A stretch of 63,854 nucleotides of DNA, filler included, from Octopus bimaculoides (taxonomy: Eukaryota), in the NCBI RefSeq assembly GCF_001194135.2. It is 5 parts of 5 records of this genome, joined end to end, with 100 filler letters (N's around TTAATTAATTAA, not from the genome) between each part and the next. Parts side by side here need not be neighbours in the genome. Positions count along the whole stretch, not along the records: positions 8,169 to 37,403 come from NC_069010.1; positions 37,504 to 60,052 come from NC_068989.1; 3 more parts are not named here. One strand, 5' to 3'. Shown piece after piece: positions 35,669-48,690 of the stretch. The notes beneath the pieces were generated by a model, which saw only the letters and a list, made by a program, of their open reading frames with translations, was not told where the DNA came from and made no database searches. The position numbers and the translations under genes were made by a program. Positions within the stretch are counted from its first letter, which is position 1. Every line of letters starts with the position of its first letter.

Positions 35669-36363
35669 CCGTCTCTGCCTAATGTATCGGTGCCTCTGGT
35701 CTGAATTAGTGTGTGTGTGTGTGTCCATCTATTCATGTCTATGCGTGTGTTTCTGTGTGTGTATACTTGCGTGTATGTCTATTCATGTCTCTTGTTTATG
35801 AGTGTGATTTCATGTGTGTGTGTGTCTGTAGGCATGGGTTCATATACGTGTGCGTATTTGTCTCCTGCTTGTGTTGTGTTGGTGTGCAATATATCTGTCT
35901 TCATGTATGCACTGTACTGTTATTTCGCTTCAGGTATGCGAAGATCCAATAGACCTTGGATCAAACATAGTCCAATCATGACCATCCCATCTTTTATTCA
36001 TACATACAGCGTCCAAGGCCAATCATCCCTTTACGCTGCTGCTTCTCTCCATGCTTGAATGGCTTCGATTATATGCAATCCTACATTCTTTAATAAAGAT
36101 AGGAGGGTGTGTGACGTGAAAATTTGGCTGCTATTTCTAGATCTTAAGATCACATAAAGGCTCTCACATTCAGTCAATGGCTGTTGAATGATGGATAGAG
36201 AAGCAAAAATACATAATGGATATATATACACGCACATTATCTCTTTAAATCGATATATATACACAGACATATATATACACAGTCAATCAGTTTTGTGTAC
36301 AAACACACATATGCGACATGTGTTTTGTATGTATATATGATGGTGTTTTTTTTTATATAGATA

Positions 36364-36423
<60 letters not shown>

Positions 36424-36484
36424 GACACCTGTATACAGACATACACAATCATATATAGTGAGAAAGAATTTACAGCATGAAGTC

Positions 36485-36528
<44 letters not shown>

Positions 36529-36700
36529 CATACATTCAACACGCACATATGTACCGTTTAGACAACTGTATAGAGCATGTATGTTTATATAAAATAGAGA
36601 AAATTAATAGAAATGAGTATGTAAACACACACACACACACACACACATATGTATTGGTGTTATATAAACATGGTGTTATTGCTAAGCCCTAGGCTTGCCC
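33720..36700. repeat. Microsatellite-dominated low-complexity block ((CA/TG)n, (TATC)n, (CT)n, (TA)n)
   Basis: Directly visible. Confidence 0.85.
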
Positions 36701-37164
36701 TACTGAAACAAACCTATTCCCAAAGGTATCCTACCCATGACTCTCAAGCCTCAATTGTATACATAAAACAACATATGTCTCCTTTCTTTGCAGATGACAC
36801 GAAGTGATCCTAAAGAATTTAGCTACTATTTCTAGCAGGTAGAATGGCCAGCAAATGGTTCCCTCATCGGTTCGATTATATATACATTGTATGGGTGGGT
36901 GGGGGTATATAGTATGTGAGTGAGAAAAAGGAAGCATTTAAAATTATATATATATACATCTTTACATTATACATACATTATGTGGGTGGGTGTATAAATT
37001 TGTTATGTGAGATACAAAGATATAGATTATAAATACACATACACACACACATATATATATACACAGGTAGAAAGGAAAAGGAATTAGACATAAAAGTATA
37101 CATACATGTTTACATATTCACATTATATATGCAGTGAGTGGGTGGTCAGAGAACATGTACAGAA

Positions 37165-37403
37165 AACTTGGCACTCCGTCGCTTACGACGTCGAGGGTCC
37201 CAGTTGATCCGATCAACGGAACAGCCTGCTCATGAAATTAACGTGCAAGTGGCTGAGCACTCCACAGACACGTGTACCCTTAACGTAGTTCTCGTAGTTC
37301 TCGGGGGATATTCAGCGTGACAAAGAGTGTGACAAGGCTGACCCTTTGAATTACAGGCACAACAGAAACAGGAAGTAAGAGTGAGAGAAAGTTGTGGTGG
37401 AAG
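37165..37403 (-). mobile_element. SINE of the 23484-23795 type
   Basis: Reverse complement of 23560-23790. Confidence 0.85.
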
Positions 37404-37519
37404 NNNNNNNNNNNNNNNNNNNNNNNNNNNNNNNNNNNNNNNNNNNNTTAATTAATTAANNNNNNNNNNNNNNNNNNNNNNNNNNNNNNNNNNNNNNNNN
37501 NNNTATATATATATATATA

Positions 37520-38421
37520 TATATCATGGAGCAAAAACACAACACAGGAAATAAAACATTCGGACAGATAGACGATAGAAAGGCGGACAAGAAAAACAGG
37601 AATTAGAAGGACAGGGTAAAAAAGGACGGGTCATTCGTGGCCTTATTTCTTCAGTCAAGTTACTTGATGTCCTTACAGTTTCGGGCAGTTACACTTGAGA
37701 CTGTTCGATCTGGTTGCCCCAGAAAAGTCAAAGCCAAGAGCATTAGATTTTTTGTAAGAAAGCTAGCGAATATTTACGGCAACAAAGACAAAAGACAGAG
37801 AACATAGTACACAATTACAAATACAAAGAAAAAAAATATGACAATAATTGTCTTTCGACTGAGGACGAATCAAATTGAGCTGGCGTGTATGAAGTGAAAG
37901 CCTTAAGGCAGAACATAGGAGATGGACATAAGAGGTGTTGGCGGTCGGCATTCAAGCCAAGAAAGATCATGGCTGGCCGGACACCAGTCACGTGGAAAGA
38001 GGAGAGAAGGGTAAGGCCAGTGGGATTGAAGGATTAGAAAAAATCAAAGACAAAGGGAAAGGTACAGGAAAGATAAATGAGGAGGAAAAGTGGGAGTTAA
38101 AGAAAGAGAGGGCCAAGAAATGTGAGAGAGGCGGGAGCGAGAAAAAGTATGAGGGGGACTAAAAGACAGAGTAAAAGAGTCGTACAAAATTTAGATGCAT
38201 ACTTACTGTGAGGTGAGAACAAGTGTGTATTTACGCCGCTATAAAAAACGCAACAGAGGACAATAAGACATTCGGACAGATAGACGACACAAAGGCGGAC
38301 AGGAAAAACAACAATTAGAAGGACATGAAAAAAAAGGACGGGCCATTCGTGACCTTTTTTTTCAGTCAAGTTACCAGATGTCCTTACAGTGTCGGGCAGT
38401 TACACTTGAGATTGTTTGATA
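37520..38421 (-). repeat. Direct repeat with a period of about 711 bp, PLE terminal-repeat-like
   Basis: CATTCGGACAGATAGACGA at 37557 and 38268, with homology continuing about 150 nt up to the gap. Confidence 0.65.
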
Positions 38422-38779
38422 NNNNNNNNNNNNNNNNNNNNNNNNNNNNNNNNNNNNNNNNNNNNNNNNNNNNNNNNNNNNNNNNNNNNNNNNNNNNNNN
38501 NNNNNNNNNNNNNNNNNNNNNNNNNNNNNNNNNNNNNNNNNNNNNNNNNNNNNNNNNNNNNNNNNNNNNNNNNNNNNNNNNNNNNNNNNNNNNNNNNNNN
38601 NNNNNNNNNNTATATATATATATATAGTCGGTAAAGCATAAATCCGAAAAAGAAGCACACTCGAAGTTATATAGCAATATATGATATAAATAAAGTTAGG
38701 TAAGGCCAGTTTATGGAATTACCCTGGATTTTACGTCCATGAAGAGTTTACCTTTACGGCGTATCATCAGATCCACAAA

Positions 38780-39330
38780 CCTGTTGGCTTAAACATCTCT
38801 AACGAGTGGGATCTCTAGAATATGGAGGATGAAAGGACCTCGCTACTCTAATTCAACAACAGTGTATTGTCTCCCTTTGCCAATCATATATGGCAGCTGA
38901 ATGACGACGTGTTCCCAGACACAATATCATGGAGAATCCATGAAAATCCAGGGCTCTACATAAACGGGACCAAGCGCTGTAAACTATGCATAGTAGAACG
39001 AGCGAGGATTCTAAAGGACTCTCTCGACCCAGGGAACACCCTTAACTCCAGAATGGCGGTCTTCGGACCGTGCTTGCATTGCATTTCAGGAAATTGCTGC
39101 TGGCCTATTAGAACCCACAAGGTAACAGGGTCACTAGCGATCGATAAACAAAGGGAGACAATCCTCTGTTGTTAAAATTGTGTAGCGAGGTCGTTTTCTC
39201 TTCCATATTCTAAAGAGACCACTCGCTAGAGAGGCCTTAAGGCAACAGGTTTTGGAATCTGATGAGACGCCGTAAAGCTAAACGCTTTATGGGTGTGAAA
39301 CCCTCGGTATCCCATAAACTGGCCTTATCT
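38780..39330 (+). mobile_element. Penelope-like element 3' end (GIY-YIG C-terminus plus terminal repeat)
   Basis: FANHIWQLNDDVFPDTISWRI...KRCKLCIVERARIL...NTLNSR...PCLH matches the LSxHIWxLK...CxLC...LNxR...CxH pattern also seen at 43300-43510. Confidence 0.75.
39253..39314 (+). ncRNA. Degenerate type I hammerhead-like motif
   Basis: TGGAAT-CTGATGA-G-ACGCC-GTAAAGC(TAAAC)GCTTTAT-G-GGTGT-GAA-ACC(CTC)GGT-ATCCCA. Confidence 0.5.
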
Positions 39331-39339
39331 AACTTTATA

Positions 39340-39830
39340 TATACACAGACATGCAGGAAGTAAATAGACACCTTTAATTTTCAAAATTTCTGATTTAAAT
39401 GTTTTCATATGTTTTCTGCGGTGTAAAATTTACAATGTAATTATTCTTTTTCATTCCATATTAAACATTTGCGAAGAGTAACCATGCCACGCACAAAAAC
39501 TTCAGCAGAACTATCAGATTTTCAAAGAGGTCGTATTGTTAGGTAATCTGAGGCAGCAAAACAATTGCCGAAAATCTTCAAATTCCTCTTGCTACTGTTA
39601 ATAGAATTATAGTGCAATTCAAAAGCCAAGGAAAAGAATCAACAGATTCTCATCCCGGCCGACCTGGGCCCTCAGAAAGGAAGCTTCACTGTTTAAAGAG
39701 AATTGTGAAAAACGAACCCCGTTCGAAGGCTTCTGACATTGCAAAACAGCCAGAAGTTAGTCCAAGAACGTGTGTTACATATCTGCATATGCTTGGGTAT
39801 TATGGACGAACAGCTAGAAGAATATAATTG
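39340..39830 (+). mobile_element. Tc1-like DNA transposon 5' fragment (transposase N-terminal HTH, decayed)
   Basis: ATG at 39484: MPRTKTSAELSDFQRGRIV...[22 protein letters not shown]...PGRP...[18 protein letters not shown]...[10 protein letters not shown], with a stop and a frameshift. Confidence 0.85.
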
Positions 39831-40694
39831 AAGTTGTGCTGAATATCTTGAATCGAAATTATAGAATCCGCTTAATTTTTACATGTTAGAAGCTTAGTAT
39901 ACAACACATGAGTGTGGACACAAAATACACAACTGATAATTGAGGACACTAGGTACACAAATTCTGGATTCTCAATATGTCTCATGTTTTCCGTCTTAGA
40001 TTTTTATTTTGCCTTCAGATTTTACTTCCATTTGAATCGCTCTTAAAACTACGAAATTACTTATTTTAAAGGGTACCAATTAGATATATCGTAGCAAAAA
40101 TTGTTCCACGCATTAGTTTTGCGGTATTAACGCTGCTTGAATTCATGAAACGTTTATCTTAGCTTATAGGCTACATATAATTTCAAAAGATTACTTAGTT
40201 TTTCTTTTTTGTTTTTTTTGCTGCGTTCAGACATACTGGTGCGAAAACGCAGTAAATGCGTTCATGAAAATTCAATTATTTACAACAATGTTTCGAATTT
40301 CGAAAAAAAATCCTTGTTGATATTTATCGGGAAAAATTCGCAGACATTTTTAGACGAGTGAGTTGAAATATGAGTGTCACCATTATCAGTGTTATCTAAA
40401 AATTTCAATTGTTTTCATAAGGTGTAATATCCTCCGCCGGACTTTAGCACGCCAATCTTAAGACTACCTAGATATAAGTATGCTTAAATATGTGTAGTAC
40501 ACACACGTACGCAAATATACATACCTACACATGCATTCATATATTCATACACACACACACATATAAATATTGTATGTGTGCGTATGTTTTAATACTCTTA
40601 TGTATATATCTACGTAGATACACACACACACACATGTACACACAAATACACACACACACACACGCACGCACGCACACTCATGTGTAACATATAA

Positions 40695-41270
40695 GCGCAG
40701 GAATGGCTGTGTAGTAGGAAGTTTTCTTTCCTATCACATGGTTCCGAGTTCAGTCTCATTGCGTGGTATTTGGATATGTATCTTCTTCTGTAGCCCTGGG
40801 CCGATCAAAGCCTTGTGTGTGGATTTGGTTGACGGAAATTGAAAGAAGCCCATCACGTATATGATGCATGTATATATGTTGAACCGTTGAACTCTCCACT
40901 GTTTTTTTTAACTCCCCTTTTTTTTCATTCTCCTCCATTTTCCCTCTTATTCCTCTCTGTCGAAGAGCGTAGGCTCGAAACGTAAAAGACTTTACCATTT
41001 TCCCGAGCGTCAAACTAACACACCTGCATTTTGTTCCTACGCCTGTCTTCGTCTTTTGTTTTCCTGTAAATTTGAACTATATATTTATGTATATATGTGT
41101 CCTTGTATTTGTGTTTGTCCCCGCCAGAGTTTAACAACCTGTGCTGATTTGTTTACGCTCTAATAACTTAGCGGTTCGCTAAAACAGATCGACAGAAAAG
41201 GTAACAGGTTTAAAAATTAAGTACTGGGTTTCATTCGTTCGACTGACTGAAACAACCAAATGATAACACG
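40695..41270 (+). mobile_element. SINE family A split by a hammerhead-bearing insertion of about 200 bp (40880-41080)
   Basis: SINE head 40695-40860 and tail 41100-41270 flank sequence homologous to 1040-1219. Confidence 0.75.
40953..40988 (+). ncRNA. Minimal type I hammerhead-like motif, variant core (second copy)
   Basis: CTCT-CTGTCGA-A-GAGC(GTAG)GCTC-GAA-ACGT-A-AAAG. Confidence 0.55.
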
Positions 41271-41514
41271 TAAAGATACACGTACGTATGCATTATCGTA
41301 ATAAGATGCTTATGCAACCAGTATATATATATATCACGATCAGTTGTAACGTGGTCCATTTTTCACTACCACCAGTATCTTTTACTTGTTTCAGTCATTT
41401 GACTGCAGCCATACTAGAGCACCGTCTTAAAGGGTTTTAGTTGAAGAAATCGACGCCAGGACTTAATTTCTTAAAGCTTAGTATTTAATCTATCGGTTCT
41501 CCTTTACCGACCCT

Positions 41515-44480
41515 AATAAAATATGTGTCCTAAATGGAAACGGCCGAATTAAAAGTGCCGTATACCAATGCAAGGTTACCTCCGGTAACAAAGAATTTTT
41601 TTATATAGGATTATCCTCTAGGTTTTTAAAATCCAGACTGGTTAACCACTTCTCTACCTTCAAATACAACCGTAAGCTTAACTCTACAGAACTTAGTAAA
41701 CTCACCTGGTACCTTAAAGACTCTAACAAACTTTTCTTTAGAATGGAAAATTTTATCTAGATCTTTTCCCTATGATAAAGGAAAATCTTTCTGTCCTCTT
41801 TGTACAGAAGAGCAGTTTTTTTTACACGAGATACTGTAAATTGGTTCAAAAATATTAAAGATAAAAATAGATGCAAGTTCATCCAAATAGATATAGAAAA
41901 TTACTATTCATCTATTAACGAGATTATTCTTAATAAGTCCCTTACATATTTTATGAGAAAGGTTAAGATGACATATGATGAAGTTAAAGTAGTACTAACG
42001 GCGAGGAAATCCCTAATTAGATATAAAAATAAACTATGGGCTTGGAAGGACACAAGGGATTGCTTTGATATACCCATGGGTGCCCCAGACTCTTCACAAA
42101 TAACAGATTCACTAGGAATATACCTATTATTTGAACTTGGGTTAGAGCATCTTAACATAGAAGGAGGTCTTTATACGGACGAACTACTCCTTATAACTAA
42201 AAACTGCCCTAATAGATCATTAGAAAAAACTATGCAAATTCTTTAAGAATTATGATTTAGATATGTTTATAGAGAAAGAGCATTCTGTCTCGATGCAAAC
42301 AAAGTTAGTAGCTAATAAAACCCAAGCATTCCATAAATTAAACGAGAACCTTAAGTACATTAATGCCCATAGCAACCATCCTAGCTCAGTGAAAAAAACA
42401 CTAATATAAAATATAGGTAAAAGAATTTCTGTTATCCTCGGATAGAGATACTTCCAATAAACATACTTCTTACTAAAATAGTGCATTAAAAGAAGCAGGA
42501 TATAATACGAAAATTAAATTCTTTAATAATTACGGACCCAATAATAATACTAGTAATCATCCTAACGCTCAAACAACTATAGAAGTAATAGCAAAAATAA
42601 TAATAAACAATATAAGGAAATAAATAAAGATAATTATAATATGCGTATAAATAAAAATAATAATAAAAATGATCATAGTAAGGATAATAGCAAAAATAAT
42701 TCGAATAGAAATAAGTATAATTATTATATACCCACGAAGAATACACCGACAATGAACTAAAATAATAATAAGAATTATAATAATAGTAATATTAATAATA
42801 ATGATAATAAACACAAGGAAATTATATGGTTAATTATCCCTCATGGGGTTCAAATCAAAACTAACTTAACTAAAGAAATTCTGAACATAATAAAAACATC
42901 CTTTAGAAAGAACAAAACATACTCGAAAATATTCTCAAACAAAATTATCAGAGTGGGCTATTCTACAACAAGAAATGTAAGTAATATTATATCCCTAATA
43001 AACAATGCCAAATTAAACAAGTTCTATAATAACAGTTTAACTAATATTAACAATAGCTACGGAAGAAATATAGCAAACACAAAACAACCGTATTTTAAAT
43101 AAATGCACATGTAAAGTCAAATCCAGATGTAGGCCAAATAAAAATTGCAACCTAGATAACGTAATTTATAAATGTTCAGTAACCTCTCATAATAATAATA
43201 AGAAGAAGAAAGAATATATAGGATCTACAGCGAACCAAATTAAAAGAAGAATTTCTCAACATTATCAGTCCTTGAAAAATTCCAAATTAATAAATTCGAC
43301 AGGTCTAAGTAAATACATATGGGAGTTGAAATCTAATAAAATAGAATACACCCTTAATTGGAATATCACTTGTAGAGCGAAGTTATAGAGAATAAGTAAT
43401 AAAATGTGCTTATTATTCACAAAAGAGTTTATGAAAATACTCCAGTCGACAGAGATATTATTGGTTAGTATTGAAGAGAGAGGAATAAAATGCCGACATA
43501 AGAATAACTTTACGTATAATAAAATGAAAAATATCTAAAATTATAACCCACACCCACCCAGTATGTAAACTCTTAAATAATTATGAGGAAGATAGTTATA
43601 TGTAGTTTTAATAGAATTTTATTGTAGTATTAGATACGGATATACCAAGAACCAAGAATTTATTAAAGAATATTACCTTAAAAGGAATAGACAGGCCACA
43701 TCTAATCTAACATAAATCTCTAAATCCTAAACATTATAAAAAAATCCTCTTATAGCTAGATTTAAGAGTATCTAGTTATTGTCTCCCCTTGAATTCAACC
43801 TCTCTAATATTATTAGTCTTAGAGAATTTTTCCGAGTATTTTATTTTATTTATGCTATTCCCATAATACTTAGCGCATGACAGAGGGAGCAGCCATTTGC
43901 ACAAGAACGAGAGGTAAACGTTATGTCGTTAAGTATTCCTTTCTTAATTTTTTATTTGATTATTTTTGGTTTTATACAATAAATTTATAACGTATATAAT
44001 GGTTTTTACTAAATAATCTTTTTAAATATTACTAAATTACGTTTAACATAAAAAATGGTAATTTATACTTGTATAGATAGGGGTAAATCTTACACTAAAT
44101 TATTAATTCCCGTAATGTTTATATAAATAGGTTGTATGATTTGATGTTTATAATATAGTCGTTGAGGGTTTCCTTAGGTTTAGCATCTCCTATATATATC
44201 GGTAATGTAATTTTAAGTATTTAATTTTCTTAATTTTAAATTTAATAAACTTTTTAATTTTTAAAAATATATTTGTAATTTATACATTTTTATTATATTT
44301 TTATTCATATTCTTATTTTTCTATTTAATATGCCTTATAATATGTAGTCTTAACTTTGATCCGTTAATAATAATAACAATAAAATAAATAACCTGAGGAC
44401 GCAGTGGTGGATTTATGTATTAGGTATGGCCTTGATAAACACCCCACCAGCGCAGAAACACGTGTAGCATTGATTAAAAA
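41515..44480 (+). mobile_element. Decayed Penelope-like element: GIY-YIG fragment, 5'-truncated RT, C-terminal GIY-YIG, AT-rich 3' region
   Basis: EN1 41515-41810 (SAVYQCKV...FYIGLSS...HFSTFK...LSKLTWYLKDS...CPLC). RT 41820-42530 (FIQIDIENYYSSI, FDIPMGAPDSSQI, GLYTDELL, YINAHSNHP). EN2 about 43100-43530 (CTCK..CRPNKNC..NVIYKC..EYIGSTA..LSKYIWELK..KCRHKN). Many stops and frameshifts. Confidence 0.9.
44383..44475 (+). ncRNA. Type I hammerhead-like motif at the PLE 3' end
   Basis: CTGAGGA-CGC-AGT-GGTGG...CCACC-A-GCG-CA-GAA-ACACGTGT-A: canonical core, long stem II, perfect palindromic stem III; stem I imperfect. Confidence 0.55.
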
Positions 44481-44920
44481 TATCTTCTTTCCCCACAGAC
44501 TAATAACAGGTAAGTTATATATCTTTCAAATACTTTTTCAAATAATTTTTTTATTTTATAGTAGGTTTTTTTTAATGCTTATATTATTTTATTGGATATA
44601 ACTTTCAATGCGTATTCCATACAATAAGGTTATCCTGAAATAAGAGCTGCGGTTCTTTTGGTAATATCCCAAATTTGTAATAATATTATAAATTATACTG
44701 CTTACTTTGCATTAGTAAAGTGTTAAATAGTAAATGTCCTGATAACCTGGAATACTTATGATTCCCTAAGCTTTTAAAAATATTCATATATATAGATATA
44801 TATATACTTACTTGGAAATGGATGCGTAGCGTTCAATCAAATAATATAAATAATATGTATACATATGCATATATATATACATATATATATCATTATATAT
44901 ATATATATATATATATATAC

Positions 44921-44977
<57 letters not shown>

Positions 44978-46770
44978 GTGTATTTATTTTCTCTAAGTTA
45001 ATAATTAACTCAGACAAAATAAAATGGTTAATAGATACCAGGGTAGCAAAGATCACAAAATGACGGTGATGTAACTCCTGTTTATGAGGTAGAAACTCCT
45101 TGTTATTTTGGGTACTTGAGTAAATATATAAATTTAGTAAATGGAGTAAAACGCATATGTTAAATGACGAGTGGTACGCCATGTATCTGTACAGGTAACG
45201 TCGATTCTAAGAAGGGAGTAAGCCAATGTGCAGCACAAATATTTGTTCACTATAAACAAATCATCTGTGCAGGTTGTTCAGCAAGAAATCGCAGGACTCT
45301 TTTTTCGGATTCCAGAGACCGCCATACGATACTACTGCTTCGCATGTATGTAAGCATGCACGACATCATATATGTAAGCATAAGTTCCGTTTTTGGTGAC
45401 ATTTTTGTCTTCTATGTATTATCTCTAAGTTTCCAAACCTTGAAGGAATAGTTATGTGACAATTTATGTTTGAGATTGATGTTTGTATCTGGGGATTTTA
45501 ATGAAAAGCAGGTGTAGACATAATGAACATATTACGCTTTTATTTGGCTCCAGCTTCTTATCTATTTATTCCCAGGTAGCGTTTGTGTTTTTAACGCTGT
45601 TGACATCAGCACATTCAATAAAATTGCCAGATGTCGAAACCATAATTATATTCGTTTGGTAGCTGAAGATGGAATGTATACGTTTGATGTGCTTATTTAT
45701 TTGTATGTGTTGTTGACTATGAAAGTTTTGTATCTAGCATACTCACGGTTTCTAAGTTGTCCTTCATTGAGATTCCAGTACTTGTAGGGTTAAACATGTT
45801 TAGGGAGTTCTTGGCTCCCTGGTGAATGTTGGTTTTGTTGTATGTATTATACCATCCATTTTTGCATGATTGTCCTTCGTTGGAATTGTACTTCTGGTTA
45901 GGGTTATAGATTGTATATGTAATGTGCGAGTCGGTTGATGTATGTATGTATGTATGTATGTATGTATATCTGTATCTACGTATGTGTTTCTGTATGTATG
46001 TATGTATGTATGTTTGTATGTATGTATGCATTCATGTATTGCGTACGTACGTGATGACTAAGTCGTCGACGACACATTTGGATCCCTACTAGGTAAAATC
46101 CGGAGATGAGGGTTGCCAGAAACCTTGTAGGACAAAAACAATACCTATAGAGACAAGGTGAACCCAAAGTAGTGTCACCAACTAAGTAGTAATTGCGCGG
46201 GGACAAAGAAATTTCACGAAATGGCAAATGTGTGTGTTGCAAGACCACATGGGAGTGATGGGCCTCTATTTTTATTAGAACATTTATCTGGGTAAAAGTT
46301 GCTCTGATGTAAAATCTAAGGACCGTTTAGCAACCGGTCACATCGCTGTCATTGCTGGGTAACCGAGAGGAAAACTGTACTATGTGAAAACTGAGTAGTT
46401 TTTTTGTACATATTTCAGTTATGATAATGAATTTCACTATGGAAAAAATTCCTACCGCGACTAGCAGTAGTGGATGATACTGGCTTGACTAGGTGAAATA
46501 TATAATTTCAAGCCTGTACATAGACAACTTTGGATATCGTTCTCTTCTTTTCCAAACTACGGTGATGGGGAAAATCCTTAGAATCTCCAGTGAATGAGCA
46601 ACCCCTTCTAGGCATAACACTGATCAACACTTAATCAGAAAAGTCCTAGGAAATGTAGTCTAAGTAAAGCTTACCTAATTTTGGAACTGACCATCTGGAT
46701 AAGTTCCAGTTATTGAACAGGAAGACACTATTCATTCCGGATAAAGCATGCAGTCTCACAAACTGTGAAC

Positions 46771-46802
<32 letters not shown>

Positions 46803-47119
46803 CACATGTATGTATGCATCTATATATGTATGTATACAGCAGCAGCATGCTCTTTACATTAACAGTACTCTAATGTGGGTTACAATTGAGATGTTGATAA
46901 TTTAAGCGAAAACGAAGACTTACAACTATCGATGCAATTTAAGCGATCCTATATGTTTATACGGATGTTATCATCGTGACAAAATTAGAGGTTCTACTGC
47001 TAGACATCGCATGTACAGCTTCAGTACGGAGGCGGTATTGTGGCTTGGTTTATGGACTTCATGTGAATGGCGGAGAAATTTTGTCAACTGATTAAAGTTG
47101 TTTTGGAAGTAGACCGAAG

Positions 47120-47528
47120 ACTGGTACTGGTAGTGATGGTGATGATGGTGATGGTGGTGATAGTGATGGTAGTAGTTGTAGAGGTGGCGATGATGGCGGC
47201 AGAGGCGGTGGTGATGGTCGTACTGGCAATAAATGGGAACGGTAGTGATAAGTTCGGAGACGACGGGCAGTGGCAGCCGCACTTGTGGTGACGGTGGCGG
47301 CGGCGGTGGCGGCAGTGGTGATGGTGGAAGTGGCGGTGGTGGTGGTGGGGGTGGTAGCGACGGCGGAAGCAGAGGCGGTTGTGGTTGTGAATTGTTTGCA
47401 GTATTAATATGAGTGGTGACAGATCATAGTGGAAATTGTAGTGGATGGTGGTGGTAGTGGTTGTGGTGATGCTTGTGGTAGTATTAGAATGGTGGGAACT
47501 ATTGTTAGTAGTCGTAATGTCACCGTTA

Positions 47529-47577
<49 letters not shown>

Positions 47578-47670
47578 GTAGTAGTAGTAGTAGTAGTTGT
47601 AGTTGTAGTGATGGTGGTAATCGTCGTCGTTGTAGTAGTGATGGTGGTGGTGGTGGTAGTAATACCTGAC
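47120..47670 (+). repeat. Compound trinucleotide microsatellites (GGT, GGC, ATT, AGT)
   Basis: Directly visible. Confidence 0.9.
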
Positions 47671-48574
47671 GGGGACAGATCTGTTCTTTGCTAGTAATGT
47701 GACCCAGTATTGTTCAATTAGCCATAGATCTCGCCCAACGGCACAGTCTCAATTATTTCATATAATTAACTCGGTTTTCAAATAGCGGAATTTGAAAGAT
47801 ATTATACAAGTAAGGAACGATGAAATCAATGCTAAGCTTTTATTTTTTATTTTTCATTTTTCATTTTTCATTTTTTAAATCAGAAATAGTGTGTCTATGT
47901 ATATATATAAACTTTATAGATGTTTATATATGCGTAGAATCATACACAATATATATAAACACACACACACACACACACTTATAAAATGACAGACAGACAG
48001 CTAGATGTTTTAATTTTGTTTTATGACAACAAAACAATGCAAGTTATAAGAATTAATACAAGTCGATAATTTTTTTAACTTTTACCTTGTATTGCACACA
48101 NNNNNNNNNNNNNNNNNNNNNNNNNNNNNNNNNNNNNNNNNNNNNNNNNNNNNNNNNNNNNNNNNNNNNNNNNNNNNNNNNNNNNNNNNNNNNNNNNNNN
48201 NNNNNNNNNNNNNNNNNNNNNNNNNNNNNNNNNNNNNNNNNNNNNNNNNNNNNNNNNNNNNNNNNNNNNNNNNNACACACACACACACACTATAAATAGG
48301 ATTCTCAAAAATTCAACAACCGTAAGTTGCCTATGAAATTATTGCGTTTATAACATGCATACATATATACATACATACGTACATACATATATACATACAT
48401 ATATATGTTTTTTTGTCCATGTTCTTTTTGCAACGCCCTGTACCCAGATATGCATCTATATATACATGTAGATGAAGGTATGAACATGCATGTACATATA
48501 TATGCATATACTCATATTTTATTTGTACATACATATATATATATATGCATACAAATTCTTTCATTCTTTTATTC

Positions 48575-48690
48575 TTTTATTTGTTTTAGTCATTTGACTG
48601 CCGCCATACTGGAGCACTGCCTTGAAAGGTTTTAGTCGAACAAACCGACCCTAGGACTTATTTTAAAGCCTAGTACTTTCTCTATCCGAC
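48575..48690 (-). mobile_element. SINE family A 3' tail (similar tails at 32985-33080 and 41385-41490)
   Basis: TTTAGTCATTTGACTGCCGCCATACTGGAGCACTGCC...TTAGTCGAACAAA. Confidence 0.7.

Noticed and set aside
36031-36085. GLHIIEAIQAWREAAA* as an upstream GTPase exon
   Set aside because: It ends in a stop and lacks the expected G1 (GxxSxGKS) region; the upstream GTPase exons are not visible in the window.
41515-42530. Permuted (N-terminal endonuclease, Naiad/Chlamys-type) PLE
   Set aside because: EN1 is out of frame with the RT, the RT starts mid-domain with no CxC linker, and a canonical C-terminal endonuclease follows.
45590-45650. CTGTTGA-CATC...GATG-TC-GAAAC as a hammerhead
   Set aside because: No stem III or UH site and no stem I after GAAAC.
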